Of a stretch of DNA of 32,000 bases, positions 8,646 through 20,389 are shown piece by piece. The notes below the pieces were generated by a model. The model saw nothing but the letters and a program-made list of their open reading frames with translations, was not told where the DNA came from and ran no database searches. The first letter of the stretch is position 1, and every line of letters begins with the position of its first letter. The DNA is taken from positions 450,001 to 482,000 of the forward strand of contig NW_008806280.1 in assembly GCF_000400465.1 (NCBI RefSeq), in the 5' to 3' direction. Source of the DNA: Wallemia ichthyophaga EXF-994. Taxonomy: Eukaryota; Fungi; Basidiomycota. The position numbers were made by a program, and so were the translations under genes.

Positions 8646-10832
8646 TCAATCTGAAGTCTCAGACTCAGAAGCATCTTCCCCATACACACCAAATGTACGA
8701 GCAGAAGTAGTTGGCGACATTGGCGGTGTGCCAATATCTCCATATACATTCCTAAGGCGAGCATACGTTGGATTCTCATTGACACTATCCAGACTAGGTT
8801 GGCGACTACTTCCCTTCTCCCTGTTTCCACTCCCACTCCTGCCCTGTCCTTGATTGTACACGTGACGCATTGAGACCGGTTGTGGTTTAGGTTGCGCTGT
8901 GCTTGTCCCAAATCTGCCTGGAGATCCTCTCCCACTCAGCACCGAAGACGGCTCGAATGCGGAGGTGAGTGATTTCGGGAGTATTGGCCTCGCGCGACCG
9001 GGTCCACTTGTTCCGCTCGGTGCTCCTGCAGCAGCTGAGGCACTAGCAGGACTAGTCAAGCCCGCCTCATTTTCGCTCTTTTCATCAATATCAAACTGAT
9101 CGTCTTCGTCATCATCATCGTCATCTTCGTCAGCATCATCATCATCACCGTCCTTCTCGTGATCTCCAACTCCATTATCACCATTCTCTTCATTCTTGAA
9201 TTCAGCGTGTTTAGGGCCCTCCTCCACGACAACAAAGGATTTCTGACGCGCACGTTCATTCCAGTGTAGAGTACGACTGAGCGACGAGAACCAATCGGAT
9301 GACTGTTTATCAGCACATATGGTAGGACAAGGATACTTGGATGCAGTCACCTTAATATGGTCACCCTGCTTCAGCTCGACTCTGCCTCTGCCATCGAACG
9401 ATGCCCAGGCAGTAGAACGAGAGTTAAACGGTACGCAAATGCGCAACTCCATCGAATCAGGCAGGAGCATTGGTCTGAAAGACAACGTATGAGCACATAT
9501 AGGGCTTATTAAAAGAGCCGGTATTTCTGGATGCACGAGACTACCACCTGCACTTAACGAGTATGCGGTCGACCCCGTTGGAGTAGATACGCACAAACCA
9601 TCAGCTTGTACTGTCGTCAGGTGGTTCTCATCTCCGAACAGCTCCAACATGGAAACATATGGTGAGGGACCTCTGTCGACTACGAGATCATTGAGCACGT
9701 TGAATGTCTCAACGGGACGCGTCGTGTAACACATTATTTCCTTGTCGCGCTTCTTCGCTGTCACTGGTGGCGTGTTGCCCTCCAGGGCATCCCATCCTTT
9801 TCCTTCTACGTTGCGCATCAGTATTTCGCCAGTAGCACCACGACGGAAGGCTGGTCTACGCGCATTAGCAGATTGCGGATCTTTTTGTCGGTACTCGGAT
9901 CTAGGGGATGCATTAGCGGACTGTAACTGTCATTTATACGAATATGGTCTATCTACCCACCTATAAACCGTGCACGTAAACCTCATTCGTAAATTCACCC
10001 TAATGCCATCATCGACAATGCTATTGATCACCTTCTCCGAGTTTGTGAAATCAAAATTCGTTAAGAATCCAAGACTTCCGAGGGAGAATGGCAGCACGGG
10101 TGGGACGGTAGTCTGGAAGAGCCAGCTGGCAAACAACACAGTACCATCGCCACCGAGAGTGATTACGAGATCGAAAAGGTGGGGACTGTTGGTGCACATA
10201 TCAGGTGTCCAGAAACGCAGCTGTCCTTCGTGTGGATGCTGTGAAGATTTGCTTTCTGGTGAAATGCTCGTACTGCTCAGATTAGCAGAGAGATCTGAAC
10301 GACTTTGTGAACGTGGAGAGAACAAATGTGGATAGTCCTCTCTAATACCGGCAACATTGAATCGTTTCGAAGTGCGTAGCTGACTGTCTACGTAAACAAT
10401 CATTCCATGTCCTTTGAGATCGTCTCTAGGGGTATTCATCAGATAGAGCGCCAATTTACGAGTCTGACGTATAAGTTGATGATCTCTAGCTTTAGTGATG
10501 ATCATAACTGACTTGATTTTGCTCTTAACTCTCGCTCGGCCGAGCTGCTTGGACATTTCACGCACTCCGACGGCCGTCTCTGCGAGCTGCCGAGTGAGAT
10601 TCTGGCGATCGTGTGCAGCTTCATCGGAATCGTCCATTTCACCTTCGACTTCCCCCGCTATGCTCTCTAGCACTTGATTATTGCTGCCGACGAGATTTGG
10701 GGCTATCTGAAGGTTATCGTGTGGAGTGCGCTTGTCAAAGTCTGTAACCGTTGCCGCGCAGTGGTCGAGGTATGAATGCAAAAGACACGGGCTTGCTAGT
10801 GCTCTATCGCTGGACTCTTGCGTCTTCTCCAT
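8646..10832 (-). CDS. UTR1: ATP-NAD kinase (Utr1/Yef1-like)
   Basis: Motifs GGDGT, LGSLGFL, LNDLVVDRG, ADGLCVSTPTGSTAYSLSAGG and PICAHTLSFRP. One 60-nt intron at 9960-9901 (GTGGGT..GCTAAT..CCTAG). The first in-frame ATG is at 10832; the ORF-track start is a GTG. Confidence 0.93.
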
Positions 10833-10917
10833 CGGCGTTCGAGTGGCGTATGTTTTGCGTGCGAGATGAGCAGATGACGGTTGGAGATTAAGAAAGGTAA
10901 AATATAAAAACACTTTA

Positions 10918-12818
10918 CTACAAAAATCTAGTCACCCATTCACCAGTGACATCCCAGCGAGAATTCATCGCGCGTGTGCTGACGTATTTGACAAAGTGCA
11001 GCAATCCAGCATCACGTAGTACGATGTGCAAGCGATTGAAATGGGGTGGGAGAGAGAGCAATGGCGCGTCCTCGTCGCCATCACCGCTATCGCCATACGT
11101 AGCTTCGTCGCTGTCTTCCTCGCCATTCAACCAAACGTCCCATCCACCAACGGCGCCTGATTGCCAGATATCGTCATTGTCCGTCAGATTCAGCCCAACA
11201 TCCAATCTAGACGTCTCTGATGTACTCTTTTCGCCTCTTGCCAGAGTGTAGTCCAATCCCGGACGAAATCTTCGGCTTTCGATGAGATGTGTTTCGGGGA
11301 TTGAGGAGGTGAGTATTGAGAGGAGTGCTCTGAATGGCTTGCTAGCAAATAGTCTATTGACTCTCGCAAACAGATCATCGTTATCGTGTCTCGTCAGCGA
11401 TACATAGCGCTGTATGTGTGGCGGTCCGACGAGCTTCCAATCATTATCCTCGCCTGTTGTGTGAGAAGGTATCTTGTAGCTAGTGCCGTAGTTGTTTTTC
11501 TCTACGCGTTTGCTTCTCGCCACGCTGTCTACTTGATCGCGCCTCTTTATCTGCTCGTGGAGTGCGTTTGCAATGTCTTCCTTGAGGACTGAGGTGAGGG
11601 TGAGCCAAATAGCTAACCAAACAAGACCACCACATACAATCTGTCAGAAGCACGTGAGAGTCTTCTAGAAACTTGCTCTGAAGTAATTCTATGGTCTTGA
11701 TATCAAGATACATCGGATTAACGAGTTGCTGGAGCTCATTGACCTCCTCATCATCCAGTTTCTCGGGGATATAACTTGGCGCTTTTTCGGAGTCACCATA
11801 TGAAGTTAATGGACGGAGAGCAGCTGCGTACTGCGTGTGTGAGCTTCGACAAAAGTAAGACATAATAACCCACCAACTGCTCAAGCGAGCTCTTGGTCAA
11901 TTCAGGCTGCGCGCCCTCATACTCCTCTTCTTCAGGTACAGGGCGATGGAACCATCCACTAATAGATATACGCTGGCCAACTCCCCCACTAACCGATTTA
12001 TGCTGCAGTTTCGGGTGGAAAGCGACTTCTTCGACAGAGTGGAATGAGTGTCCAGGCTGCACCTCGAAGAAAGCAAACTGGTTGAATGACGGTGGGATAC
12101 TGACGCTTGGTTTCGGTGCAGGTGTTGTGGGATTTGTTGGTGGTGAGCTAAGCGGGTACAGCTCAAGTGCACCACCGAATTGGGGCTCCCATGCCGGTTC
12201 TGGGAGTGGGAGGTAGAGGATAAATGATATTCTGCGTGTGCCGATGACATCATCGTGATTGAGAAGATCTGCGTAGGGCGTTAGAGTGGTTTGCACAAAC
12301 ATAACCCAAACCCACGGCAGCCAGAACCGTAGTTGTTCGTCGACATATCCGTCTTTACTCCAGAGAGTGGCCCACACCCTGTCACCTCCCTCAGAAAGCG
12401 TCTGAATTGGGCTGAATAGAGCATGTTGCGCAGTGTGAGCAGCGTGGGCAACTCAGCGCGCTCGTCTTCAGGAAGAAGATGAATGTTCGAGAAGTCGCCG
12501 CTTTGTGTTATCTGCAAGCGCTTAATACAGTCCACTGACCTAGAACGAACCCACCTTGTATATATCCGTTTCCTTCTCCTTGAAACTCAGCTTCAATAGC
12601 TCTTCTCGAGCCTTGAGTAGGAGTTTTTCTTCGAATAGCTTTGGAATCACTGCGTGCTTGTAGGGCGAAGATTGCTTGTATGCCGCGCGATAGTCTTGAG
12701 CACTGGATGGCGCAAATAGCCCGTCGCTGAAATATTCACTAACATCTTCAATCGCTGTCTTGTTAGTGCTGCTAGTGCTGCTATCTGACTTTTGTTTTTT
12801 AGCTGCAGGTTCTGCCAT
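10918..12818 (-). CDS. TPA1: Ribosomal uS12 prolyl 3,4-dihydroxylase Tpa1/Ofd1/OGFOD1
   Basis: The multi-exon join reads KETDIYK|ITQSGD..GPLSGVKTDMS..GC|HLLNHDDVIGTRRISFILYL..FFEVQPGHSFHSVEEV..RISISGWFH, giving the 2OG-Fe(II) HxD..H motif, followed by the Ofd1 C-terminal domain. Confidence 0.92.
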
Positions 12819-12909
12819 TGGTGGGTGTATTGAATGTGAAGAGAGAAGACAGCGTAAAATCATTCAAAAGGCACATTTACAAGGCTAATATATACTACAA
12901 ACACATTCC

Positions 12910-15121
12910 TCACTTGAAATACTCCTCAAACCACTGCAGCGTAGCTTCGAAGCCGGCCGTCTCAGCCTCCACCGAGTCGAGAGGATGGCCAGTGCGATTG
13001 AAAGTGAGCATATCAACAATCTTCCGCGAGGCTTTAAGAGCGTGAAACCAGTGTCTAGTCTGCATATTCGGTACTCGCTGGTCATCACACCCTGCCAAGA
13101 GGAGGGTAGGAGCGGTAACGGAGGCAGCTTGGTGGAGAGGCGATAGCGCATCCATCCGTCTATACTCCTCCGCCGATGGAGCCTGTCCACTCACACTGCC
13201 CCTCCCGCTCAATCCACTCTCCACAAAGCACCAGTCTGGAATATCGCTCTGTGTAGCATTCGACGCGAGGCTGATGACTGGATTGCGCATGACAGCAACT
13301 GCAAAGCGCTTTGGATGTTGTGCTGTGAGGTGAGCCGCGAGGAAACCGCCATGCGAGCCACCATAAGCACACCACCGACCTGACTCCACCCCGTACACTC
13401 GTTCAGCCATATCCATAGCTGCGAGGCAGTCGGTGACATCATGCTCTCCCACATGCCCGAGTAAGCTGCGCAGATAGCCGCCGCCATACCCTGTCGATCC
13501 GCGGTAGTTGGGCAGCACCACCGTCATACCTGCTGCCGCAAGAGCTGCTAGGGCGGGTGAAAACATGGGCACGCTCGATGAGTGCGGTCCGCCGTGCGGT
13601 AAGATTATTCCCCGCTCCGTCTTACCCGTGGGTGAGTAGAGAATCCATGACTTGGTGCGAGCATCAAACTCTACGGCGAGCGTGCTGAGTATCTGCTCGA
13701 ACGCACGACTGGTGTGGCGGTGCAGCGTCTTCGTTTGCCCTTGCGCTGCATCGTGCGCGCCCACCCCACTACACACCAGTATTTGCTGCGCAGCGGTGAA
13801 GGTGGATTGCGAGATAATCGCACGAGATCCGAACGCAGCGAGACAGTCCAAGCTACTATGGGAGGAGCGTGAGGTGTGGGATTGCTGCGCGTCTGCAAGA
13901 ATGCTAATATCCTGCACATCTTCACCGATCAACTCAAAACGAAGAACAGTCTTCCTACTACCGAGGATAGACGTGGCAAGCAAAGCGTCGTTCCCCCCAT
14001 CAACTTCATCCCAGAGAAAGGGTTCGTAAGGGAGCTGATCAATGTAAAGGCCTGGATCGTTCGTGTCATGCCTGTTAATCCTCGACCAGCCCATGCCATA
14101 AGGGTTGCCGTCGGTAGTGATGCACTCCACCCTGCAGTTGCTCGCGTGTGGACCGTCAAGCTCGTTAGAGAGGAACACAACCACGTGCCTGCCGTTGCTG
14201 AGGGTGGTGCACCGTGGGCTGCGTACTGAGCGAGATGCATCGGACAGCTGCGTTGTGCGTCTAGTGTCCACATCCACCGCATGTATCGCGCTAGGTCGGT
14301 TCTGGCAGTATATTATACCCAAGCGGCTCTCGTCGTGTTGGTTGGCGTAGGCTGTGAATATTACCTCCTTCTTACTCCGCCCGAATTGCGGCTGGCCGAG
14401 AGAGTGGGTGGGCAGGTCAGCTGTTACTTCTACGGGAAGGTATGGTGTGTCTGGTGTGTGTAACTGGTCTGCCTTGTCTAAATCCATGTAGTAAACGCGA
14501 GGCTGCTGCAGCGTAGGTGGGAACTGCTCGCCCCTACCAAAGTATCAGCCTCAGGTCAACATACACACAAACCACCCACCATGACGGCACATAACGGCGT
14601 TTTTCGAAGAGAGAGACAGCGTCATCATCTCCATCGCTCTGCTTACGTCTGTCGGCTGTGTACACCAGCGCACGTCCACACGGCGACCATCTAACACGAC
14701 CGAAAGTTGGATCAGCGCAGAAGAGGCCGTGGGAGGTAGTGACGTTTATGGAATGCGTCCGATGACCAGATTGGAGGTTGTAGATATCGACATACAGCGT
14801 TTTCTTTCCGTCGCTGCCGCTGCTGCCATTCAAAGTGCGCAATATGGCCTGGCGGTTTCCGTGCTTGTCGACAGCTTGGTCGGTGACGTCAACGAGCTCA
14901 GCAGCGGTGGAGTGGATAGATTCATCTGAGTCGTTGAGGAGGAGCGTCCGCTGTGTCTTCACTTTCGTTTGGCGCTGTGTGTGGGGTTGTGTCTGGGTGA
15001 GATGGGCTACGTATGCATGGTTGGCGCTGCTGGAATCACCGAGTGGACGTAGCTGTGCTGATGTTACAGCCGGTGAATCGTAGAGTTGGTTAAATAGCTT
15101 GCGCGTGTGTGTGTGCGCCAT
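12910..15121 (-). CDS. Acylamino-acid-releasing enzyme (APEH, S9 family serine peptidase); possible upstream start at 15238
   Basis: Catalytic triad motifs GGSHGG (Ser), DDQRVP (Asp) and GHPLD (His), plus PHGGPH and PNYRGSTGYG. One intron (about 14575-14530) joins the ORFs 14534-15430 and 12910-14487 as SW|GEQFP. Confidence 0.9.
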
Positions 15122-15454
15122 TAGATGATGGTGGTATCTCCTCAAGACAGAATCTGAGGGGATGGTGCATTTTGAGCGTGTGGAATGGGCGCTATAGCGC
15201 AAGGGCTGCTTTATAATGCTGTTTAGCCTAATATTCATGGACGTTTGAAATTTTTCACGTAAACGTAACAGATGAAAGAAGTTGTCAAAGAATCCAATTC
15301 TGATACCCAAATCAAGCTGTACATTCTTCACAGGACTGTCGCATCTCCCTCTAAGCCACCTCCAGCATCTTGTTTCGCGCCGATTCAACAGCTTCCTCTT
15401 CTGGGCATTGGCGGTGGTTTGCGGTGTCATTCACCTCTTCCAAAGCTAGAAATC

Positions 15455-16109
15455 ATGCCAGCGACAATTCAAGTTATCTTTGAGCACATAAAAGGCGTAA
15501 TCGCGTCGACAAACGGCACGCTGTACCAGACATGCAGACATCTTTACGAAGCCGGACTCCCGCTCGCATATGGCATTATATACGGCACAAAGGTGGCGTT
15601 AGAAGATGCGAGTGAGGAGAAGTACACAGAGCACCTCCGTTTCCTGAGCTTTATCGCTGATATGCGACATTCGCCCGTGTCTCAGGCTGTGCGCGAGGTG
15701 TTTGTCAATCTGGAAACACCGGAGTTCCCAAAGTGCTTTTCAGTCTTGATCTGGAAATGTGCAAGTATTTACATCGCCTCGTCAATCTCTAGTGTTTGCA
15801 CGTGTCCATTAGGAATTTGGCTGCGTTCAGCGATTATACTCGTTTGAGAAGCTCAATTCACTCACACTGCACATCCGTATACCTTTGGGCCCATCTACGC
15901 CGCAGTTGGCGCAACTGCTCTACGTCAAATACCCGAATTTGGAACACATAAAGTTGTTTGGGAACATCCATACGGATTTCAACGAAGAAAGCGAGTGGGA
16001 TTTATATAAATATGGGCTGGTTGAGTGCATGAAGCGTCTCAACCGGAAACATAAGCTGAAAACAATCGTGTTTGCTTCGTACGACGATCTTTACGGGACG
16101 AAGACTTGA
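15455..16109 (+). CDS. Hypothetical protein, about 200 aa, faintly F-box/LRR-like
   Basis: A 52-nt GC-AG intron at 15761-15812 (GCAAGT..CATTAG) joins two ORFs in frame (WKC|EFGCVQRLYSFEKLNSLTLH). LYQTCRHLYEAGLPLAY resembles the end of a degenerate F-box helix. Confidence 0.55.
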
Positions 16110-16359
16110 GATTTGTGTGGACTCTATGAGAGTTGTTGATTCAACAACTTGTACGCTGATGAGAGTGTTACGAGGGAGGCGAATACAGACTGGAACATGA
16201 TATTGAACATGTCCGAGGATAACATAGAGTTCAAGCTGTGGAGAGCGAGGTACAAAACAATGAGGAGTACTGGAGGAAGATGGTGGTAAGAGGAGGAGTC
16301 GACAGAGTAAGAAAGTAAGACACGATATAAATATAAAGATACGACTATTACTGCAATTG

Positions 16360-17152
16360 CTACTGCTGGCCAGGTATGAAGCCATCGCGAAGCATGCGTT
16401 CAAGGCGCGCAACTTCATCGGCCGAAGAAGCCTCGATGATTGACTTGCGGATGTTTTCTCTGTCTTGAGGGGTGAGTAGTCTACCCTTGTGCTCGTGTTG
16501 GTGCTGGTGCTGCTGACCACCTGGGATAAAGGTGTTATCATGCTGTGTGTGGTCATCGGAAGCTGATTTTAAGGATGTAATTTCAAGAGCAGCGGCTGTG
16601 GGTCTGCCATCGTCCGTTTCGAACGTGTCTTTAGCGAGACTGCGCTCTTTATCAGACACTCTCTCGTAGTCCAATACGCGTAGTTTGGGGAGGATGTACA
16701 CGAGCCAGAGCCTGTACCTGGGGGATTCAGTTGCCGGGTTGAAGCGGAGGTCGAGGAAGGTGAGGCCGGGGTGGTTTGCGAGCGAGTTGAGCTCGCCAAG
16801 TTGGAGTCGGTTGTGGTCAGCGATGAGCGAGGATAGCCTGGGAGTGGATTTGGAGATGCTCGGGGATATCGACTGAATCAGGTTATGGGAAAGGATGAGC
16901 GAGTTGAGATTGAGGAGGCGTGGGAGGAGGGGGATGGAGTGGATGAGATTGTGAGATAGCAGAATCGTCGACAGCTGGTCCTTGGTTGCACCGAGATTCT
17001 CAATTGAAGGTATTTTCAGTCCACTGAGGTTCAGTTCATGCGAGGGTTCGATTGGACTTATCCTGACTAGTAATTTATAAGCCTCGTGGATATTTAATAG
17101 CTATACACTTACTTGGTGTGCTCGCTAGTAATTCTGAAGTGATTTGAACCAT
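16360..17152 (-). CDS. LEA1: U2 snRNP protein A' (Lea1/SNRPA1)
   Basis: MVQITSELLASTP|IRISP..ELNLSGLKIPSIENLGATKDQ, leucine-rich repeats, and YRLWLVYILPKLRVLDYERV..RLERMLRDG. There is an intron at 17112-17067. Confidence 0.93.
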
Positions 17153-17417
17153 GACAGTCTTTGAAGAGAAACCACGACGATGGGCTTGAAATTTAATAGG
17201 CAGCTCTTCAAGTGGGCTGTTGGCGGTGGGAATATCAGTCACAGCAGTCACACCAGTCACACCAGTCACAGCAACCACAGCAGCCACCCCGTGCGTACAC
17301 ACCACTCTCCTCCATTCCCTCTGACGCCATCTCCAGCCGCACCGGCAGTACGTTCGCAGCCACAGGACTTCACAAGCGCACTCCAATACCCACGACGACG
17401 CTGACCATCTCCTTCAC

Positions 17418-20231
17418 TTGTCCCGTGGCCGTAGCTCTACTCCCACCACACAGCGAGCCACACAGGCGCTGCTAGCGATGGATGCACCCGCCACTCCTTC
17501 TACCCCATTTCCTCCAGCCACTCCCTCTACATCCGCCCACCACGACCGCCACGCTCTACTCCACCGCATACGCCTCTACGCCCGCGCACACGACGTACCC
17601 GGAGCGTTACGCGAGCTGAACGCGATATTTAGCACGCAAAGCAGTGTAGTGTATCGTCGACAGTTGTTCCCGGACGCGCTCACGGTGAACGCGCTGACTG
17701 TGTTTATGGAGGAGGTATCGCACAGCGGGAGTATCAGCAGCCTCGCCCTCCTCCAGCTAGTGCTCGACGAGGAGCTGCTGCTGAAATCGCGCACACACAC
17801 TCTCCTCCAGACTCCCACCATACGGCGTCCACTGGGTTACGGCGAGCTCGTCCGCCCACTCTACCGCGCCCTCTTCCAATCCCCTCTGCGCGAGCTAGCT
17901 GGGGCTGTAACGAGCGATGCGCACGCAGAAATACTCATGATTATCGCTAATGCCCGCGAGAGCTACACGGCTGCCGCGCAAGGCATCTACGAAACACTTG
18001 TTGCCCGCTCTCTGCGCGTAAGTGAGGGCAGTGCGCGAGTACTCATGCACCATCTCATCAAAAAGGGTGACGTGAACGGTGCCAAGACTGTCTACTTCAC
18101 TATAGAGTCACCTGCGTTGGAGACGAAGAAAATGGTCGCTAGGGCGTATGCACGCGACGGGGACACGCGCGCATTAGAAAGCTTGGACGGCGTAGGCAGT
18201 GGGAGTGGTGGTGTGTCGCACACAACCACCCTCATCGCACATGCTCAGCGCGGCCATCTGGACACGGTGCTGAGTGTGTACGCGGGCATCCGCCACCCGA
18301 GCGCGAAAGACAGAGAAGCCGTGCTGTTGTGTTACGTGCAGCGAGACGATCTGGAAGGTGCGTTAGGCTGGGTGCGCAAGGTGGAAGGAGAACGGGGTAC
18401 TGGTCGCGGTGCAGGCGCAAGTGCAGGGCTCAGTCGGCGATCGATCTACACGCGTCTGCTCACTCTCTTCGTCCGTCGACTCGATGTCGATGGGGCGATG
18501 GAGGTGGTTGACATGATGCGTGCCGAGCACCTACCCGTGCGACTGGACCACTATGCGCAGCTAATCGCACTACACGCGCGGCGGTGTGACGATGCAGCTG
18601 CCCTGCACACTCTCCACACTATGCACCTTTCTCCCTCCCTCGAATGTTGGAGCGGGGTGATGAATGCACACGCAAACGCTTGCAACTGGCACAGCGTTAT
18701 AGGGGTATACAAGCGAATCCGCGCTCGTTTCCGTCTCACTGCACCCACTTGCAACACTCTCATCAAGGCGTACGTTATGTTGGGCAGTGCGTTCGAGAAT
18801 GTGCTCGCAGTCGTACGCGATATGCTCGCCATGGGCGTGCGTGGCGATGAGACGACATTTGCGCTTGTTATGCAGAGCGCATGCGATATGGGACGTATCG
18901 ACGCAGCCACCGCGCTACATGAGGAACATTGCAAATGGAGTGAAGAGGGTCTCGTGCACCCACCTAACGCTATTCACTACACTATCCTTATCGCTGCTTT
19001 ATTGCGCGTTGGGCAGTTCGCAGATGCGCGCAAGTGGTATGGACGCATGAAGGAAAAATTTGTTCAACCTGATTCAGTCACTTATGGCGTGATCCTCGCT
19101 AGTTATCTCGCGCGTGGCGGCGAGGAAAACGTGCAGGTAGCTAAAGTTACCCTGGCCAACTTATTAGGTCAGGAGGAGAATGAGTCGCGCAGCAATCTCA
19201 ATAGCAGTCGCACTGGCAATGGCAATGGTAATGGCAATAGCAATAGCACTCCCACTCGCGCTAGCTGGATGGAGGCCAGCAGATCGCACTCGCGCACACT
19301 CTCCAATGTCCTCAGGCCATTCCTGCAGAACTACGGTAAGAAATTCACGCCTGAGCTTGCTCGTGAGACGTTTGAGTATATGGCTGATATCGCCGACGGG
19401 GCTGGGGACATAACCAACTTGACCATGCTAATGGATGGGTATCGTCGCGTGGGCAACTATGCAGTAGTGGACGATATCTGGGGAAGCATACTAGGCAGTG
19501 CGGGGGAGCGGGAAGGACATTCAAAGCATTCAACTCAGTCAACTCAGTCACAGCCACCCCGCAATACGCTGTGCCTCCCGCTATCAATTTACATGGACAG
19601 CCTGACCATGCAGCACAGACTGACAGACCTTCATGATACTTTCCGTGTGGTGCGCGAACGCGGATTTGCGTTGGATGCGCATAATTGGAATCATCTGGCT
19701 GTTGCTCTCGCCAAACTTGGAGATATCCGGCTCGCTTTTGCGGTGCTCGAGCGGATCGTGCGCGTTTATGTTACCAAGCGGCGTAAGGGGGTGTATAGTT
19801 GGTATGACACGGAGGAGAAGGAGGAAAAGGAGAAAAACGAGAGCAACAAGGAGAAGGAAAATCAAGTAGACGACACACCACAGCCGAACAGAGCAGCAAT
19901 ACGCCGGACAAACACCACAGGCATGCGACAAGACCGGGAGAAACGGAATGGTGATATCGTTCCACTGCTGCCATCACCCACGCCACGCAATGAACACAAC
20001 GTACACAATGCACAAATTGATCTGCTGAAATACATGGATGACATAGAAGCAGAAGGCGGGAACCAGATGAATTGGCACGCGCATCATCGCACACTCGAGG
20101 TACTCGTGCAAGTAAGGCAGAATATGTCGCCGGCTGAGTGGATGGATGTGCAGGCGGAGTATGTCGGTGCGTCCTGGGCAATACGGCGCCACGAAGCGAG
20201 GAGAGGTGGAGAAAGCTGGGGAGAGGAGTGA
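17418..20231 (+). CDS. Pentatricopeptide-repeat (PPR) protein, probably a mitochondrial RNA maturation/translation factor; true start uncertain (ATG 17478, or 17180 via an intron)
   Basis: The 937-aa ORF has repeated 35-aa PPR-like units (TCNTLIKAYVMLG, TTFALVMQSACDMGRIDAA, IHYTILIAALLRVGQFADA, VTYGVILASYL, NWNHLAVALAKLG). Confidence 0.85.
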   Translation: MSRGRSSTPTTQRATQALLAMDAPATPSTPFPPATPSTSAHHDRHALLHRIRLYARAHDVPGALRELNAIFSTQSSVVYRRQLFPDALTVNALTVFMEEVSHSGSISSLALLQLVLDEELLLKSRTHTLLQTPTIRRPLGYGELVRPLYRALFQSPLRELAGAVTSDAHAEILMIIANARESYTAAAQGIYETLVARSLRVSEGSARVLMHHLIKKGDVNGAKTVYFTIESPALETKKMVARAYARDGDTRALESLDGVGSGSGGVSHTTTLIAHAQRGHLDTVLSVYAGIRHPSAKDREAVLLCYVQRDDLEGALGWVRKVEGERGTGRGAGASAGLSRRSIYTRLLTLFVRRLDVDGAMEVVDMMRAEHLPVRLDHYAQLIALHARRCDDAAALHTLHTMHLSPSLECWSGVMNAHANACNWHSVIGVYKRIRARFRLTAPTCNTLIKAYVMLGSAFENVLAVVRDMLAMGVRGDETTFALVMQSACDMGRIDAATALHEEHCKWSEEGLVHPPNAIHYTILIAALLRVGQFADARKWYGRMKEKFVQPDSVTYGVILASYLARGGEENVQVAKVTLANLLGQEENESRSNLNSSRTGNGNGNGNSNSTPTRASWMEASRSHSRTLSNVLRPFLQNYGKKFTPELARETFEYMADIADGAGDITNLTMLMDGYRRVGNYAVVDDIWGSILGSAGEREGHSKHSTQSTQSQPPRNTLCLPLSIYMDSLTMQHRLTDLHDTFRVVRERGFALDAHNWNHLAVALAKLGDIRLAFAVLERIVRVYVTKRRKGVYSWYDTEEKEEKEKNESNKEKENQVDDTPQPNRAAIRRTNTTGMRQDREKRNGDIVPLLPSPTPRNEHNVHNAQIDLLKYMDDIEAEGGNQMNWHAHHRTLEVLVQVRQNMSPAEWMDVQAEYVGASWAIRRHEARRGGESWGEE

Positions 20232-20389
20232 ATAGGAATGTTCATAATATAATATATTCAAATATTCAAATAAAAGTAATTTTTAATTCGAGGAATGTTA
20301 GTGCGTGCGTGGTGAGAATGCATCTGAAGCTAGGGGACGTGCGCGGAGGCGAGGTCGATCCGATACGGCCAACAAGTAGAAACGCAGAT

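Noticed and set aside
20295-20334. Second split start codon (AT|GTTAGT..CTAG|G) for CDC3
   Set aside because: The intron would be only 37 nt, and the resulting frame stops after about 15 codons, out of frame with the septin.
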